Part shown: positions 44,570-53,206 of the stretch, piece after piece
Layout of the letters: every line of letters starts with the position of its first letter
How positions within the stretch are numbered: position 1 is the stretch's first letter
Assembly: GCA_036501625.1 (NCBI GenBank)
Contig: DASXZY010000042.1
Coordinates: forward strand, 1,929 to 65,928
Direction of reading: 5' to 3'
DNA from: Verrucomicrobiia bacterium
GTDB taxonomy: Bacteria > Verrucomicrobiota > Verrucomicrobiia > Limisphaerales > Palsa-1400
Length of the DNA stretch: 64,000 bases
Notes under the pieces: model-generated
The model's input: the letters and a program-made list of their open reading frames with translations, nothing else
Database searches by the model: none
What the model was told of the DNA's origin: nothing
Program-made: the position numbers and the translations under genes

Positions 44570-47500
44570 TCATTTCGTAAGGGATTCGTCCAGATTGAGA
44601 ACTTCGCTGGCCATCAGCGTCCAAGTGGCGAGTTCGGCTGGCGGGACTTTTTTATCAAACGCGGAATCTCCGACCGCCAGCAAAGCCTCGGCGTCCTTCG
44701 GGTTTTCCTGATATTTTTTTAGAAAATCCCCTTCCATCTTGCGCATGAGCGAGCGGTCGCTGGGAGCCAGCGTTCTCGACAGGAGCAATTCGGTGATGTT
44801 GTCCAGGCGCCCATCGAAACTGGGAGAAGCAAGGATCGCGAGGTTGGCGATGTGGCGCGAAGCCTCGACATATTGCGTATCATTGAGCGTCACCAGGGCC
44901 TGCAAAGGCGTGTCGGTGCGGTCGCGTCGCGTGCAGAAAGTTTCGCGGGTGGGGGCGTTGAGGATTTCCATGTTGGGCGGCGGCGCGGTGCGCTTCCAAT
45001 AGGTGTAGAGGGAGCGGCGGTAGAGATCGGCGCCCGTGCCCTGCTTGTAAAATCGAGTGTCAGACTCCTTCATCGCCACGGCTTCCCAAACGCCTTCAGG
45101 CTGATACGGCTTGACCGACGGCCCGCCAATTGTTCGCACGAGCAGGCCGGAGGCGGCCAGAGCCTGGTCGCGGATTTCTTCGGCATCCAGGCGCAGGCGC
45201 GGGCCGCGCGCGAGCCATTTGTTCAGGGGGTCTTTCTCCATTTTTTCCCGCGGCGCGACTTCGGATTGCCGATAGGTCGCGCTCATGACGATCGTCTTGA
45301 CAATGTGGCGGAAATTCCAGCCTGAATCCATGAACTCCACCGCGAGCCAATCCAACAGTTCCTGGTCGGTCGGTCGCGCTCCCATGACGCCGAAATCCTC
45401 GGTTGTTTCGACAATGCCCGTGCCGAACAACTGGGACCACAGGCGATTGACAGTCACGCGCGCAACGAGCGGGTTCTGGCGCGAGATAATCCAGCGCGCG
45501 AGGCCGAGGCGGTTGTGGGGTTCATCGGCGGTCATTGGCGGAAGTGAGGCGGGGGTGGTGGCGATGACTTTGTCGCCTTTGGTGGTGTAATTTCCGCGCA
45601 GCAGGACGTAGGCGAACGGCTCCTCGTCTTTTTTCTCCTGCATGATGAGCGTGGTGCCGCCGCGTTTGCGGATTGGTTCCGTCTCCTCTTCCAGCTTGGC
45701 CAATTGCGCGGCCAGCTTTTGCCGCGGACGGTCATAACCGGCCAGATAAACGTCCTTGATTTCGGCGGCCTTGACCATGGCCGGGCCGCGCGCCAACCCG
45801 CCCAACGCCAGGCGCGCGACTTGATCCGGCTTCAAAGCCTGGCTGTAAAAGCGAACGTCTTGGAGGAACACGCGCCCGCCGGAAAGAACATCGGCCGCGC
45901 CGTCTTTGCCCGTGCGGCCACCCAGGCGGAGGGGGACATCGGCGACGATGTTGGAACCGAGGCTGTTATTGTTGACTCCCACGACCGCTTCCAATCCATC
46001 CACGTAAAGCGTGATCGCGCTGGCGCCTTCGCGTTTGCCGTCGAAGACCGCCATGACGTGATGCCAGCGGCCGGGTTTGAGCGCGTCGTTGGCCGTGATT
46101 TTGAGGGCGCGGTCTGGAAATTGATCGATGATATGAATGGTGGGCCTGCCTTCGCTCAGGAACAGGTCCCAGCCGCGGTAACCGTTGGCGCTGTCCATGC
46201 GCGAGATGACCGAGCCGTTCGGTTTTTTTTCCATCCAGATAAATGCGCCGTAACTGGCCTGGCCGTAACGCGGGACGACTGGCGTTGCTTGCGCAACGAT
46301 GTCGCCGCCCAGGGCCAGCGCCGCAGGACCGAAGGGGCCGGCTTTCCTATCACCCTTGCCTGGCCACTCGATTTTCTTTCCCATGTCCATTCCGGCGCAT
46401 GCCCCGTTGCTTTCCGTCAGCGGCAGTTCAAGAACTGGATTGAGGCCGATGGACGCGACCGCGGGCCTGGCCTTTTCGTTGGCCATCCACTTCTTGAACG
46501 CGGGTTCAGCTTCCTTCTGCCGGGCGGCGATCGCGCCTTTTGTTTGGGCGATGTCCTTCTCGTATTTGGCCCATTGCGCGGCGTCCTGCCGGGAGGGCAC
46601 GAAGAGGGTGGGAAGATTGTTGCCGTTGGGGCCGTCCAAAATGGAACTGGTATTGTTGCGGAAGAAGGCGGTCAGTGAATAATAATCCTTTTGCGTGATC
46701 GGATCGAACTTATGGTCATGGCAGGTCGCGCAACCGGCGGTCAGGCCCAGCCAGACGGCGGTCGTGGTATCGGCGCGGTCCTTGGCGTAAACGGCGGCGT
46801 ATTCTTCGGGAATGGCCCCGCCCTCGCTGGTCGTTTCCAACATGCGGTTGTAACCGGAAGCGACCTTCTGCGCCTCGGTCGCGCTGGGCAGCATGTCGCC
46901 GGCGATCTGCTCGATGGTAAATTGATCGAAGGGCATGTTGGAGCGGTAAGCATCGATCACCCAATCGCGATAAGGCCAGACGCTGCGCGCGTAATCGAGA
47001 TGGATTCCCTGAGTGTCGGCGTAGCGGACGGCGTCGAGCCACAGGCGCGTGAACTGCTCGGCGCTGGCGTCGCTGGCCAGCATGCGGTCCACCGCTTTTT
47101 CGTAAGTCCGGCCGGAGCCGGAGCGGGCGAACTCCTCCACGTCCTTCGGATTGGGCGGCAAGCCGGTCAAATCAAAACTCAGCCGGCGATAAAGGCGCGC
47201 CCGATTTTCCTCCGGATTGGGAGCGAGGCCGTGCTCGGCCATTTTTTTGGCGGTGAAGTTGTCAATTGGATTGCGCGCCCACTTGGCGCCGTCGGCTGGC
47301 ACGGGGGACTTGGCGGGCGGAATGAGGGACCAATGCTTTTCGTATTTCGCGCCTTGCGAAATCCATTCGCGGAGCAAAGCGATTTGGCTGGAATTCAGAG
47401 GATTGGCCTCTGAAACAGGGGGCATCACGTCATCATCAGTCGCGCTGACGCGCCGCACCAATTCCGAGGCGGAAGGGTCGCCCTTGACGATGACCGGCTT

Positions 47501-47791
47501 GCCGTTGTCGCGCGCTTGAAAGGCCATGTCCGGGCGGTCCAGGCGCAGCGGAAATTTTTTGGGCTTGCGCGAGCCTGAATCCGGCCCGTGGCAGTGAAAA
47601 CAATGTTCGGAGAGAATCGGCCCGATCTGGTTGTTGTAGGAGATTGTGTCGGCGGCCGCCAAAGAGCCGGGAAGGCCCGCCAACACGGCCGCGCACAATA
47701 TCCACCGAGGGGCGGAATTGAAAAAATCGCGGCGCCAGAAGGCGCGGTTGCCTCCTTTTTTGCCGCGTGGCCTAGAACTGGACGAAATCAT
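44570..47791 (-). CDS. PSCyt1/DUF1549/LamG/DUF1553 multidomain protein
   Basis: 1073 aa. N-terminal CFHCHGP (PSCyt1), DUF1549 region (NPIDNF..RRLSFDLTGLPP), CATCHDHKFDP (PSCyt2-type), an inserted concanavalin/LamG-like segment (..VFDG..ITLYVDG..LRLGGR..) and a C-terminal DUF1553. 10 nt upstream of the DUF1501 gene. Confidence 0.85.
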   Translation of the reverse strand: MISSSSRPRGKKGGNRAFWRRDFFNSAPRWILCAAVLAGLPGSLAAADTISYNNQIGPILSEHCFHCHGPDSGSRKPKKFPLRLDRPDMAFQARDNGKPVIVKGDPSASELVRRVSATDDDVMPPVSEANPLNSSQIALLREWISQGAKYEKHWSLIPPAKSPVPADGAKWARNPIDNFTAKKMAEHGLAPNPEENRARLYRRLSFDLTGLPPNPKDVEEFARSGSGRTYEKAVDRMLASDASAEQFTRLWLDAVRYADTQGIHLDYARSVWPYRDWVIDAYRSNMPFDQFTIEQIAGDMLPSATEAQKVASGYNRMLETTSEGGAIPEEYAAVYAKDRADTTTAVWLGLTAGCATCHDHKFDPITQKDYYSLTAFFRNNTSSILDGPNGNNLPTLFVPSRQDAAQWAKYEKDIAQTKGAIAARQKEAEPAFKKWMANEKARPAVASIGLNPVLELPLTESNGACAGMDMGKKIEWPGKGDRKAGPFGPAALALGGDIVAQATPVVPRYGQASYGAFIWMEKKPNGSVISRMDSANGYRGWDLFLSEGRPTIHIIDQFPDRALKITANDALKPGRWHHVMAVFDGKREGASAITLYVDGLEAVVGVNNNSLGSNIVADVPLRLGGRTGKDGAADVLSGGRVFLQDVRFYSQALKPDQVARLALGGLARGPAMVKAAEIKDVYLAGYDRPRQKLAAQLAKLEEETEPIRKRGGTTLIMQEKKDEEPFAYVLLRGNYTTKGDKVIATTPASLPPMTADEPHNRLGLARWIISRQNPLVARVTVNRLWSQLFGTGIVETTEDFGVMGARPTDQELLDWLAVEFMDSGWNFRHIVKTIVMSATYRQSEVAPREKMEKDPLNKWLARGPRLRLDAEEIRDQALAASGLLVRTIGGPSVKPYQPEGVWEAVAMKESDTRFYKQGTGADLYRRSLYTYWKRTAPPPNMEILNAPTRETFCTRRDRTDTPLQALVTLNDTQYVEASRHIANLAILASPSFDGRLDNITELLLSRTLAPSDRSLMRKMEGDFLKKYQENPKDAEALLAVGDSAFDKKVPPAELATWTLMASEVLNLDESLTK

Positions 47792-48058
47792 GCAAGCAAG
47801 GTCAATAGACGCAAAATGAGCCTCTAATATTCACCCCGCCGCCCAATTGTCACGCAATCTTTCCATTCGGGGCGCATCATTGTCTCCCAACTCTGCCGCC
47901 GGATGCAAGCAAACTTCTGTATATATATCGCCGAAGTTGCCGAAAAACGGCGCTGGCAGCTAAAGTCCGGGCGGCGGCGGGCCGATATTCCGGGATGGCA
48001 GGAAGCAGGCTGGCATTGCGCCGGCGGCATCGATGGCCCGCTTTCCTGCGCGGCTTTT

Positions 48059-49651
48059 GTGAAAAACTGGACTATCAAAAAACGAATTGCCCTTGGGTTC
48101 GCTTCCATCCTGCTTCTGACCGCTTTGGCCGGAACCGCCGGATTGGGCGCCATCGGGTTTATCCAGCAAAATGCCGGAGCCATCGTCAATGACGCCTTGC
48201 CGGGAGTGACGCTGGCGGGGAAAACCAAATCCCTGGTGGTTCAGCGCCAGTTGGACTTGATGTGCCACCTTTCCGCCAAAACTCCCGCGGAAAAGAAGCA
48301 TTTCGAAGAAGATGCCGCGGCTTGCGCGAGCACCGTCCTCAAATCGCTGGAGGATTTTCAAACGACGGTTTATCGCGCCGACGGGCGCCAGGCTTACCAA
48401 AAAGTGGCCTTGGCGCGCGACGGTTACAGCGCCCTTTACGAGGAGGCGCTGGCGGACAGCCGCGCGGGCCGCGCTGATGCCGCCTTGGCCAAAATTACCG
48501 ACTCTCTGCAACCGGCCTTCTCAGCTTATTTGAAATCGCTCGATGACCTTTTCGAGGCGAACGCGCAGTACGGCCGCCTGGCCAGCGCGCGGATGCAAAG
48601 CGCCACGCGCATGGCTCGTTGGACGGTGACGGGGCTGGCCTTGTTCGCGGTGCTGATGGGCGGATTATTGTCGTGGGCCACCACGGTGGGGCTTAATCGC
48701 CTGCTTTATCGCGTGGCGGAGGAAATCGACCAGGCGTCCGAACAAATTTCTTTGGCTTCCGGCCAGGTTTCAACTTCCGGCCAGACCCTCGCCCAGGGCG
48801 CCAGCGAGCAAGCGGCGTCGCTGGAGGAAACCAGCGCTTCCCTGGAGGAAATCGCCAGCATGACGCGCCGCAACGCCGAACACGCCGATAACGCCAAGAA
48901 GCTCGCCGCGCAAACCCGCTTCGCCGCCGATACCGGTTTCAACGACATGCGCGATATGAGCCAGGCCATGGACGCCATCAAGAGTTCCAGCGACAACATC
49001 GGCAAGATCATCAAGACCATCGACGAGATTGCTTTTCAGACGAACATCCTGGCGTTGAACGCGGCTGTCGAGGCGGCGCGCGCCGGGGAAGCCGGCATGG
49101 GATTCGCGGTGGTGGCAGATGAAGTGCGCAATCTGGCCCAGCGTTCCGCCCAGGCCGCGCGCGAGACGGCCGACAAAATTCAAGACTCCATCACCCGCAG
49201 CCAGCATGGCGTGGAAATCAGCGCGAAAGTCGCGGCCGGTTTGCGCGAGATTGTCGAGAAGGCCCGCACCGTCGATGAATTGCTGGGGCAAATCGCGGCC
49301 GCATCGGTCGAGCAGAGCCAGGGCATCACGCAGGTCAACTCCGCTGTCAACCAATTAGATCAAGTCACCCAAACCAACGCCGGCAGCGCCGAGGAAAACG
49401 CCGGCGCGGCGGAAAATTTGAACACACAGGCGGGCGCGCTGCAATCGGCAGTGTCCTCCCTGGCCGCGCTGGTCGGAGGCCTGGCACGCCCGGCCAATCG
49501 CGTGCTTTTGCCGCTCCACGAACAATCCGCGCCAACGCGCGCGGGCTTTCGCGCCAACGGAAACGGCAACGGACATGACCGCCGGAGGCCGCTCGCGCGC
49601 AAGGCCGCCCAGCCCATGATGGCGGTGGAAGACGGTTTTAAGGAATTCTAA
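48059..49651 (+). CDS. Methyl-accepting chemotaxis protein
   Basis: The in-frame GTG at 48059 ([14 protein letters not shown]..) precedes TM1. A four-helix-bundle sensor region and a second TM follow, then the highly conserved signalling hairpin ([43 protein letters not shown]). Confidence 0.85.
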   Translation: MKNWTIKKRIALGFASILLLTALAGTAGLGAIGFIQQNAGAIVNDALPGVTLAGKTKSLVVQRQLDLMCHLSAKTPAEKKHFEEDAAACASTVLKSLEDFQTTVYRADGRQAYQKVALARDGYSALYEEALADSRAGRADAALAKITDSLQPAFSAYLKSLDDLFEANAQYGRLASARMQSATRMARWTVTGLALFAVLMGGLLSWATTVGLNRLLYRVAEEIDQASEQISLASGQVSTSGQTLAQGASEQAASLEETSASLEEIASMTRRNAEHADNAKKLAAQTRFAADTGFNDMRDMSQAMDAIKSSSDNIGKIIKTIDEIAFQTNILALNAAVEAARAGEAGMGFAVVADEVRNLAQRSAQAARETADKIQDSITRSQHGVEISAKVAAGLREIVEKARTVDELLGQIAAASVEQSQGITQVNSAVNQLDQVTQTNAGSAEENAGAAENLNTQAGALQSAVSSLAALVGGLARPANRVLLPLHEQSAPTRAGFRANGNGNGHDRRRPLARKAAQPMMAVEDGFKEF

Positions 49652-49689
49652 AAAGCGGACCCGGCGTTTTGCCCGCTGCCGTTTCTTTT

Positions 49690-49917
49690 TTAGCAAGGCC
49701 GCGATACCGGCGAGCGCGAGTAAAAAGAGAACCGCGACGCTCGCGCATCAGGCAATAGGCGTGAATCTGCCAGCGTGTCTTCCGGCAGGCCTCCCCCCAG
49801 AGTGGAAAGAAAAAGCCGGCGATCCTCGTTATCGCGGAAGATGTCTTCACGCCGGTCGCCGCGATTGAGCGCGTGATAAATGGCTCCGGCATATTCGATG
49901 CGCAACGGGCGCGGCAT
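49690..49917 (-). pseudogene. Remnant of an IS200/REP-associated (Y1, RAYT-like) transposase gene, frameshifted and truncated
   Basis: MPRPLRIEYAGAIYHALNRGDRREDIFRDNEDRRLFLSTLG is in one frame (from 49917). The family motif continues in another frame (..WQIHAYCLM, ending ~49746), implying a frameshift near 49790 and loss of the rest of the gene. Confidence 0.55.
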
Positions 49918-49993
49918 AGAGCCATTTTTTTTGCATCGCCAGTGCGCCTGCAAGAACAAAGCGCAAAAAGTGAGGACTGACACGAAATGGCGC

Positions 49994-50446
49994 TTATTCA
50001 ACTCCCGTGGCGAGGTTTTTCCTCTCTTTGGCCGCGCGAAGAAGCATCGCCGTGAGACCAATAACCATGCCAGCATACAAGCCTAGATGAGTCCACCAGA
50101 CTTGCCGAAACCGGCTGATCTTTCCAGCGTCAAGCAGAGTGTCCAATTGCGCAGAGAATCGGGCCGGATCAAATTTGGAAAACCCAAGCGGCAAGGCAAT
50201 GCCGCAGAGAATCGCCCCGGTGATAGGCATCCATAGCATTCGCAACAGGCGCGAACATTTGCCCGGAGGATGCGCTGATTTTCTCCGGCTGGCATATAAG
50301 CAAATTGCGCCTCCAATTACCCCGGCGGAGAACCCAACTTGCAGTCCGAGCAGCCCGGCCTGCAATCGCAAGTCCGGGCCTTCCTCCAAACCCTTCCCCA
50401 AAGTGAAATACTCCGGAGAAAGCAAGGAAGTAATCAGATCATTCAC
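49994..50446 (-). CDS. Hypothetical membrane protein
   Basis: 150 aa with about 4 hydrophobic segments, in a lower-GC patch next to the transposase remnant. Confidence 0.45.
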   Translation of the reverse strand: MNDLITSLLSPEYFTLGKGLEEGPDLRLQAGLLGLQVGFSAGVIGGAICLYASRRKSAHPPGKCSRLLRMLWMPITGAILCGIALPLGFSKFDPARFSAQLDTLLDAGKISRFRQVWWTHLGLYAGMVIGLTAMLLRAAKERKNLATGVE

Positions 50447-50553
50447 AAATCCGATGGTGGCTCCAACCGCGCCGGTGGACAGTCGCCGATTCGTTTATAA
50501 TTGCTGCAAACACGTGCCGGCCTCATTCCTGACTTTTTGCACTTTTGACGATT

Positions 50554-52326
50554 TCAGGGCTTGGCCCGCTGGCGTTTCTTTTTCAGTTCTTCGCGGAGTT
50601 TCTTCAGCGGGAGCGTGTTGATGACGTCTCCGGCTTCCAGCCAGCCTTTGCGGGCGACACCGGCGCCGAGGCGCAGGAATGGCGCGTGCTCGTTGCGATG
50701 CGCGTCGCAATTGATGGCACACTTGACGCCTTTGTCCTTGGCGCGATGCCAGAGGCGCCAATCCATGTCCAGCCGCGCCGGATTGGCGTTCAACTCGATC
50801 CAAGTGCCGTTAGCCGCGCAGGCGTCGATCACGGCCGCCTGATTGATTTTGAAGGCCTCGCGCTCGAGCAAGAGGCGTCCTGTCAAATGGCCTAAAATGT
50901 GAACGAACGGATTCTCCACGGCCGCGATAACTCGCCTGGTCATCTCCTCTTCGCTCTGCGTAAAACCCTGATGCACGCTGGCCACGACCACGTCCAGTTC
51001 CGCCAGCAGGCTGTCCTCAAAATCAAGGCCGGTTGATAAAATATCGACCTCGGCGCCCGTCAATAATTGGAAATCAATGCCCTCGCCGGCCAGCTTTTCA
51101 TTGACAGCGCGGACGGCCGCGAGCTGCTCCCGCAGGCGCTCCGGTTGCAGCCCGTTCGCTTGAAAGGAGGACTTGGAATGATCGGTGATGGCCCAGTAAG
51201 CGCAGCCCAGCTCCATCATGTGGCGGGCGATTTCTTCGAGCGAGCCGCGGCCATCGCTCCAGTTGGAATGATTATGGAGCGAGCCTTTTAATTGCGTCCA
51301 TTCCAGCAGGCGGGGAATTTTGTTTTTCTCGGCGGCGTCGAATTCCCCGGCGTCCTCGCGCAGTTCCGGCGGAATGAAGGCCAGGCCGAGCTTCTGAAAA
51401 ACCTCCTCCTCTGTGGGGCAGGAGACGAGCAATTTGGGATCGCGCGTTTCCACGTCGGAATGGAACAGGCCGTATTCGTTGAGGCGCAAACCGCGCTGGA
51501 TGGCGCGCTGGCGCATGACGATGTTGTGTTCCTTGCTGCCGGTGAAATAGAGCAGCGCGAAGGGGAACTCGGCGTCGCTGACCACGCGCAAATCGGCCTG
51601 GACGCCGCCGGTGAGAATCACGCTGGCCTTGGTCTCGCCTTTGGCCGAGATGCTCAGGACGCCCGGCTGCTTCGTGAAAAAATCAATCACAGCGGCGGGA
51701 TTTTTGGAGGAGGCCAGAAAATCGCAATCGCCGATAATTTCCTTGCAGCGCCGCAGGCTGCCAGCCGTGCCGCAGCGCGTGACATCCGGGTGCGCGCGCA
51801 AGCTTTCCAGGATCGGCTCGGCCGCGGAAAGGGCGGCGCCGAGCAAATGGCGCGAGGCGTATTGGCGGCGAAACTGGATGCCTTCGAGAATTTTGCTTTG
51901 CGTTTTTTCACCGAAGCCGTCCAGCACGGACACCTTGCCATCCTGGCAGGCTTTTTCCAATTGCTCAACGGAGACCAGGCCGAGCTTGTCGTTGAGGGCC
52001 TTGATTTTCTTGGGGCCTAAGCCGGGAATTTGCAGCATGTCCAGCAAGCCGGGCGGGACGGACGCCTTGAGTTCATCGTAATAAGCCAGCTTGCCGGTCG
52101 CGGCCAGTTCGGTGATTTTCTTTTGCAGGGCCTCGCCGATGCCCTTGATGTCGCCGAGCCGGTCTTCGGCGATGATTTTTTCGAGCGGCTCGTCCAGGCT
52201 TTCCAATGTGCGCGCGGCGTTGGCGTAGGCGCGGGTTTTGAAGACGACTTCGCCCTTGAGTTCCAGCAGGGTCCCGATCTCCGAGAGAATTTCCGCGATT
52301 TGTTCTTTCGTCATCGGCTCCAGCAT
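50554..52326 (-). CDS. polX: Family X DNA polymerase with C-terminal PHP domain (PolX)
   Basis: The track ORF (to 53022) is over-extended antisense to thiD; the ATG at 52326 (MLEPMTKEQIAEILSEIG..) fits. HhH motifs (GIGEALQKKI, IPGLGPKK), the Pol-beta-like core and PHP His motifs (HNHSNWSDG.., ITDHS.., HILGH..). Confidence 0.9.
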   Translation of the reverse strand: MLEPMTKEQIAEILSEIGTLLELKGEVVFKTRAYANAARTLESLDEPLEKIIAEDRLGDIKGIGEALQKKITELAATGKLAYYDELKASVPPGLLDMLQIPGLGPKKIKALNDKLGLVSVEQLEKACQDGKVSVLDGFGEKTQSKILEGIQFRRQYASRHLLGAALSAAEPILESLRAHPDVTRCGTAGSLRRCKEIIGDCDFLASSKNPAAVIDFFTKQPGVLSISAKGETKASVILTGGVQADLRVVSDAEFPFALLYFTGSKEHNIVMRQRAIQRGLRLNEYGLFHSDVETRDPKLLVSCPTEEEVFQKLGLAFIPPELREDAGEFDAAEKNKIPRLLEWTQLKGSLHNHSNWSDGRGSLEEIARHMMELGCAYWAITDHSKSSFQANGLQPERLREQLAAVRAVNEKLAGEGIDFQLLTGAEVDILSTGLDFEDSLLAELDVVVASVHQGFTQSEEEMTRRVIAAVENPFVHILGHLTGRLLLEREAFKINQAAVIDACAANGTWIELNANPARLDMDWRLWHRAKDKGVKCAINCDAHRNEHAPFLRLGAGVARKGWLEAGDVINTLPLKKLREELKKKRQRAKP

Positions 52327-52386
52327 AACGGAATGGGTGCCGGATAAAAGTTGGAAAATTCGCGCGGCGCTCGGTAGTCTTTTGGC

Positions 52387-53142
52387 GTGCGCGACCCGGA
52401 AATTCCCGCGGCCCTGACCATCGCCGGCTCCGATAGCGGCGGGGAAGCGGGCTTGCAGGCGGACTTGAAAACATTCGACCGGCTCCGCGTGCATGGCGCC
52501 TGCGTGGTGACTTGCGTGACCGCGCAAAATCAAAGGGCCGTTTCGCGCCTTGAGCCGTGTTCGCCGCGCATGGTGCGGGCGCAATTGGAAGCCGCCGCCT
52601 CCGCGCTGCCCGTGGCCGCCGCCAAAACGGGAATGCTCTACTCGGCCGCCATCACGCGCGAAACGGCTGCGTTCTTCAAGGAGAGCCGTTCCATCCCGCT
52701 GGTGGTCGATCCGGTCATGGTCTCGACGAGCGGACGGCGGCTGTTGCAGCCGGACGGTGTGCGCGCCTTGCAACGGGAATTGCTGCCGCTGGCGGCGCTG
52801 GTGACGCCAAACGTTTCCGAAGCGGAGATTTTGGCGGGCATGGAAATCGAGTCGCCGGAGGATTTGCGCACGGCGGCGCGAAAGATCAGCCGGGAGTTTG
52901 GCTGCGCCGCGCTGGCTAAGGGCGGACATCTGAGCGGGACGGGCGCTGCGGTTGATTTTCTTTGCAGCAAGGAGGGGGAATGGATGTTTTCCGCGCCGCG
53001 CGTTCGCGCCGCGGGATTGCATGGAACCGGCTGCACTTATTCGGCGGCGATAACGGCGTGGCTGGCGCGCGGGCGGTCACTGGCCCAGGCCGTGAAACTG
53101 GCGAAGGAATTTATTACGCGAATGATCTCTGACGTTTCTTAA
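52387..53142 (+). CDS. thiD: Hydroxymethylpyrimidine/phosphomethylpyrimidine kinase
   Basis: ALTIAGSDSGGEAGLQADLKTF.., AKTGML.., VVDPVMV..G, LVTPNVSEAE, GTGCTYSAAI: the ThiD/PfkB family pattern. Confidence 0.9.
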   Translation: MRDPEIPAALTIAGSDSGGEAGLQADLKTFDRLRVHGACVVTCVTAQNQRAVSRLEPCSPRMVRAQLEAAASALPVAAAKTGMLYSAAITRETAAFFKESRSIPLVVDPVMVSTSGRRLLQPDGVRALQRELLPLAALVTPNVSEAEILAGMEIESPEDLRTAARKISREFGCAALAKGGHLSGTGAAVDFLCSKEGEWMFSAPRVRAAGLHGTGCTYSAAITAWLARGRSLAQAVKLAKEFITRMISDVS

Positions 53143-53205
53143 TCCTGCTCGCATTCCTAATACTCAGAAGAGATTAAGATTAAGATTACGAGCAAGATTA
53201 AGATT
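53141..53205. repeat. Second copy of the GATTAAGATTA palindromic element (convergent junction thiD / sensor kinase)
   Basis: AGATTAAGATTAAGATTACGAGCAAGATTAAGATT at 53171-53205. The arm 53141-53161 pairs with 53179-53199 at 17 of 21 positions. Three of the mismatches become G-U pairs on the minus-strand transcript. Confidence 0.55.
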
Positions 53206-53206
53206 T

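Noticed and set aside
49652-49700. Possible terminator after the MCP gene (GC-rich segment followed by TTTCTTTTTT).
   Set aside because: The stem is weak and imperfect (AGCGG..CCGCT with a long loop), so it is not supported well enough to annotate.
52327-53022. N-terminal 232 aa of the 822-aa track ORF 50554-53022.
   Set aside because: It is antisense to thiD and low-complexity. PolX homology begins at the ATG at 52326.
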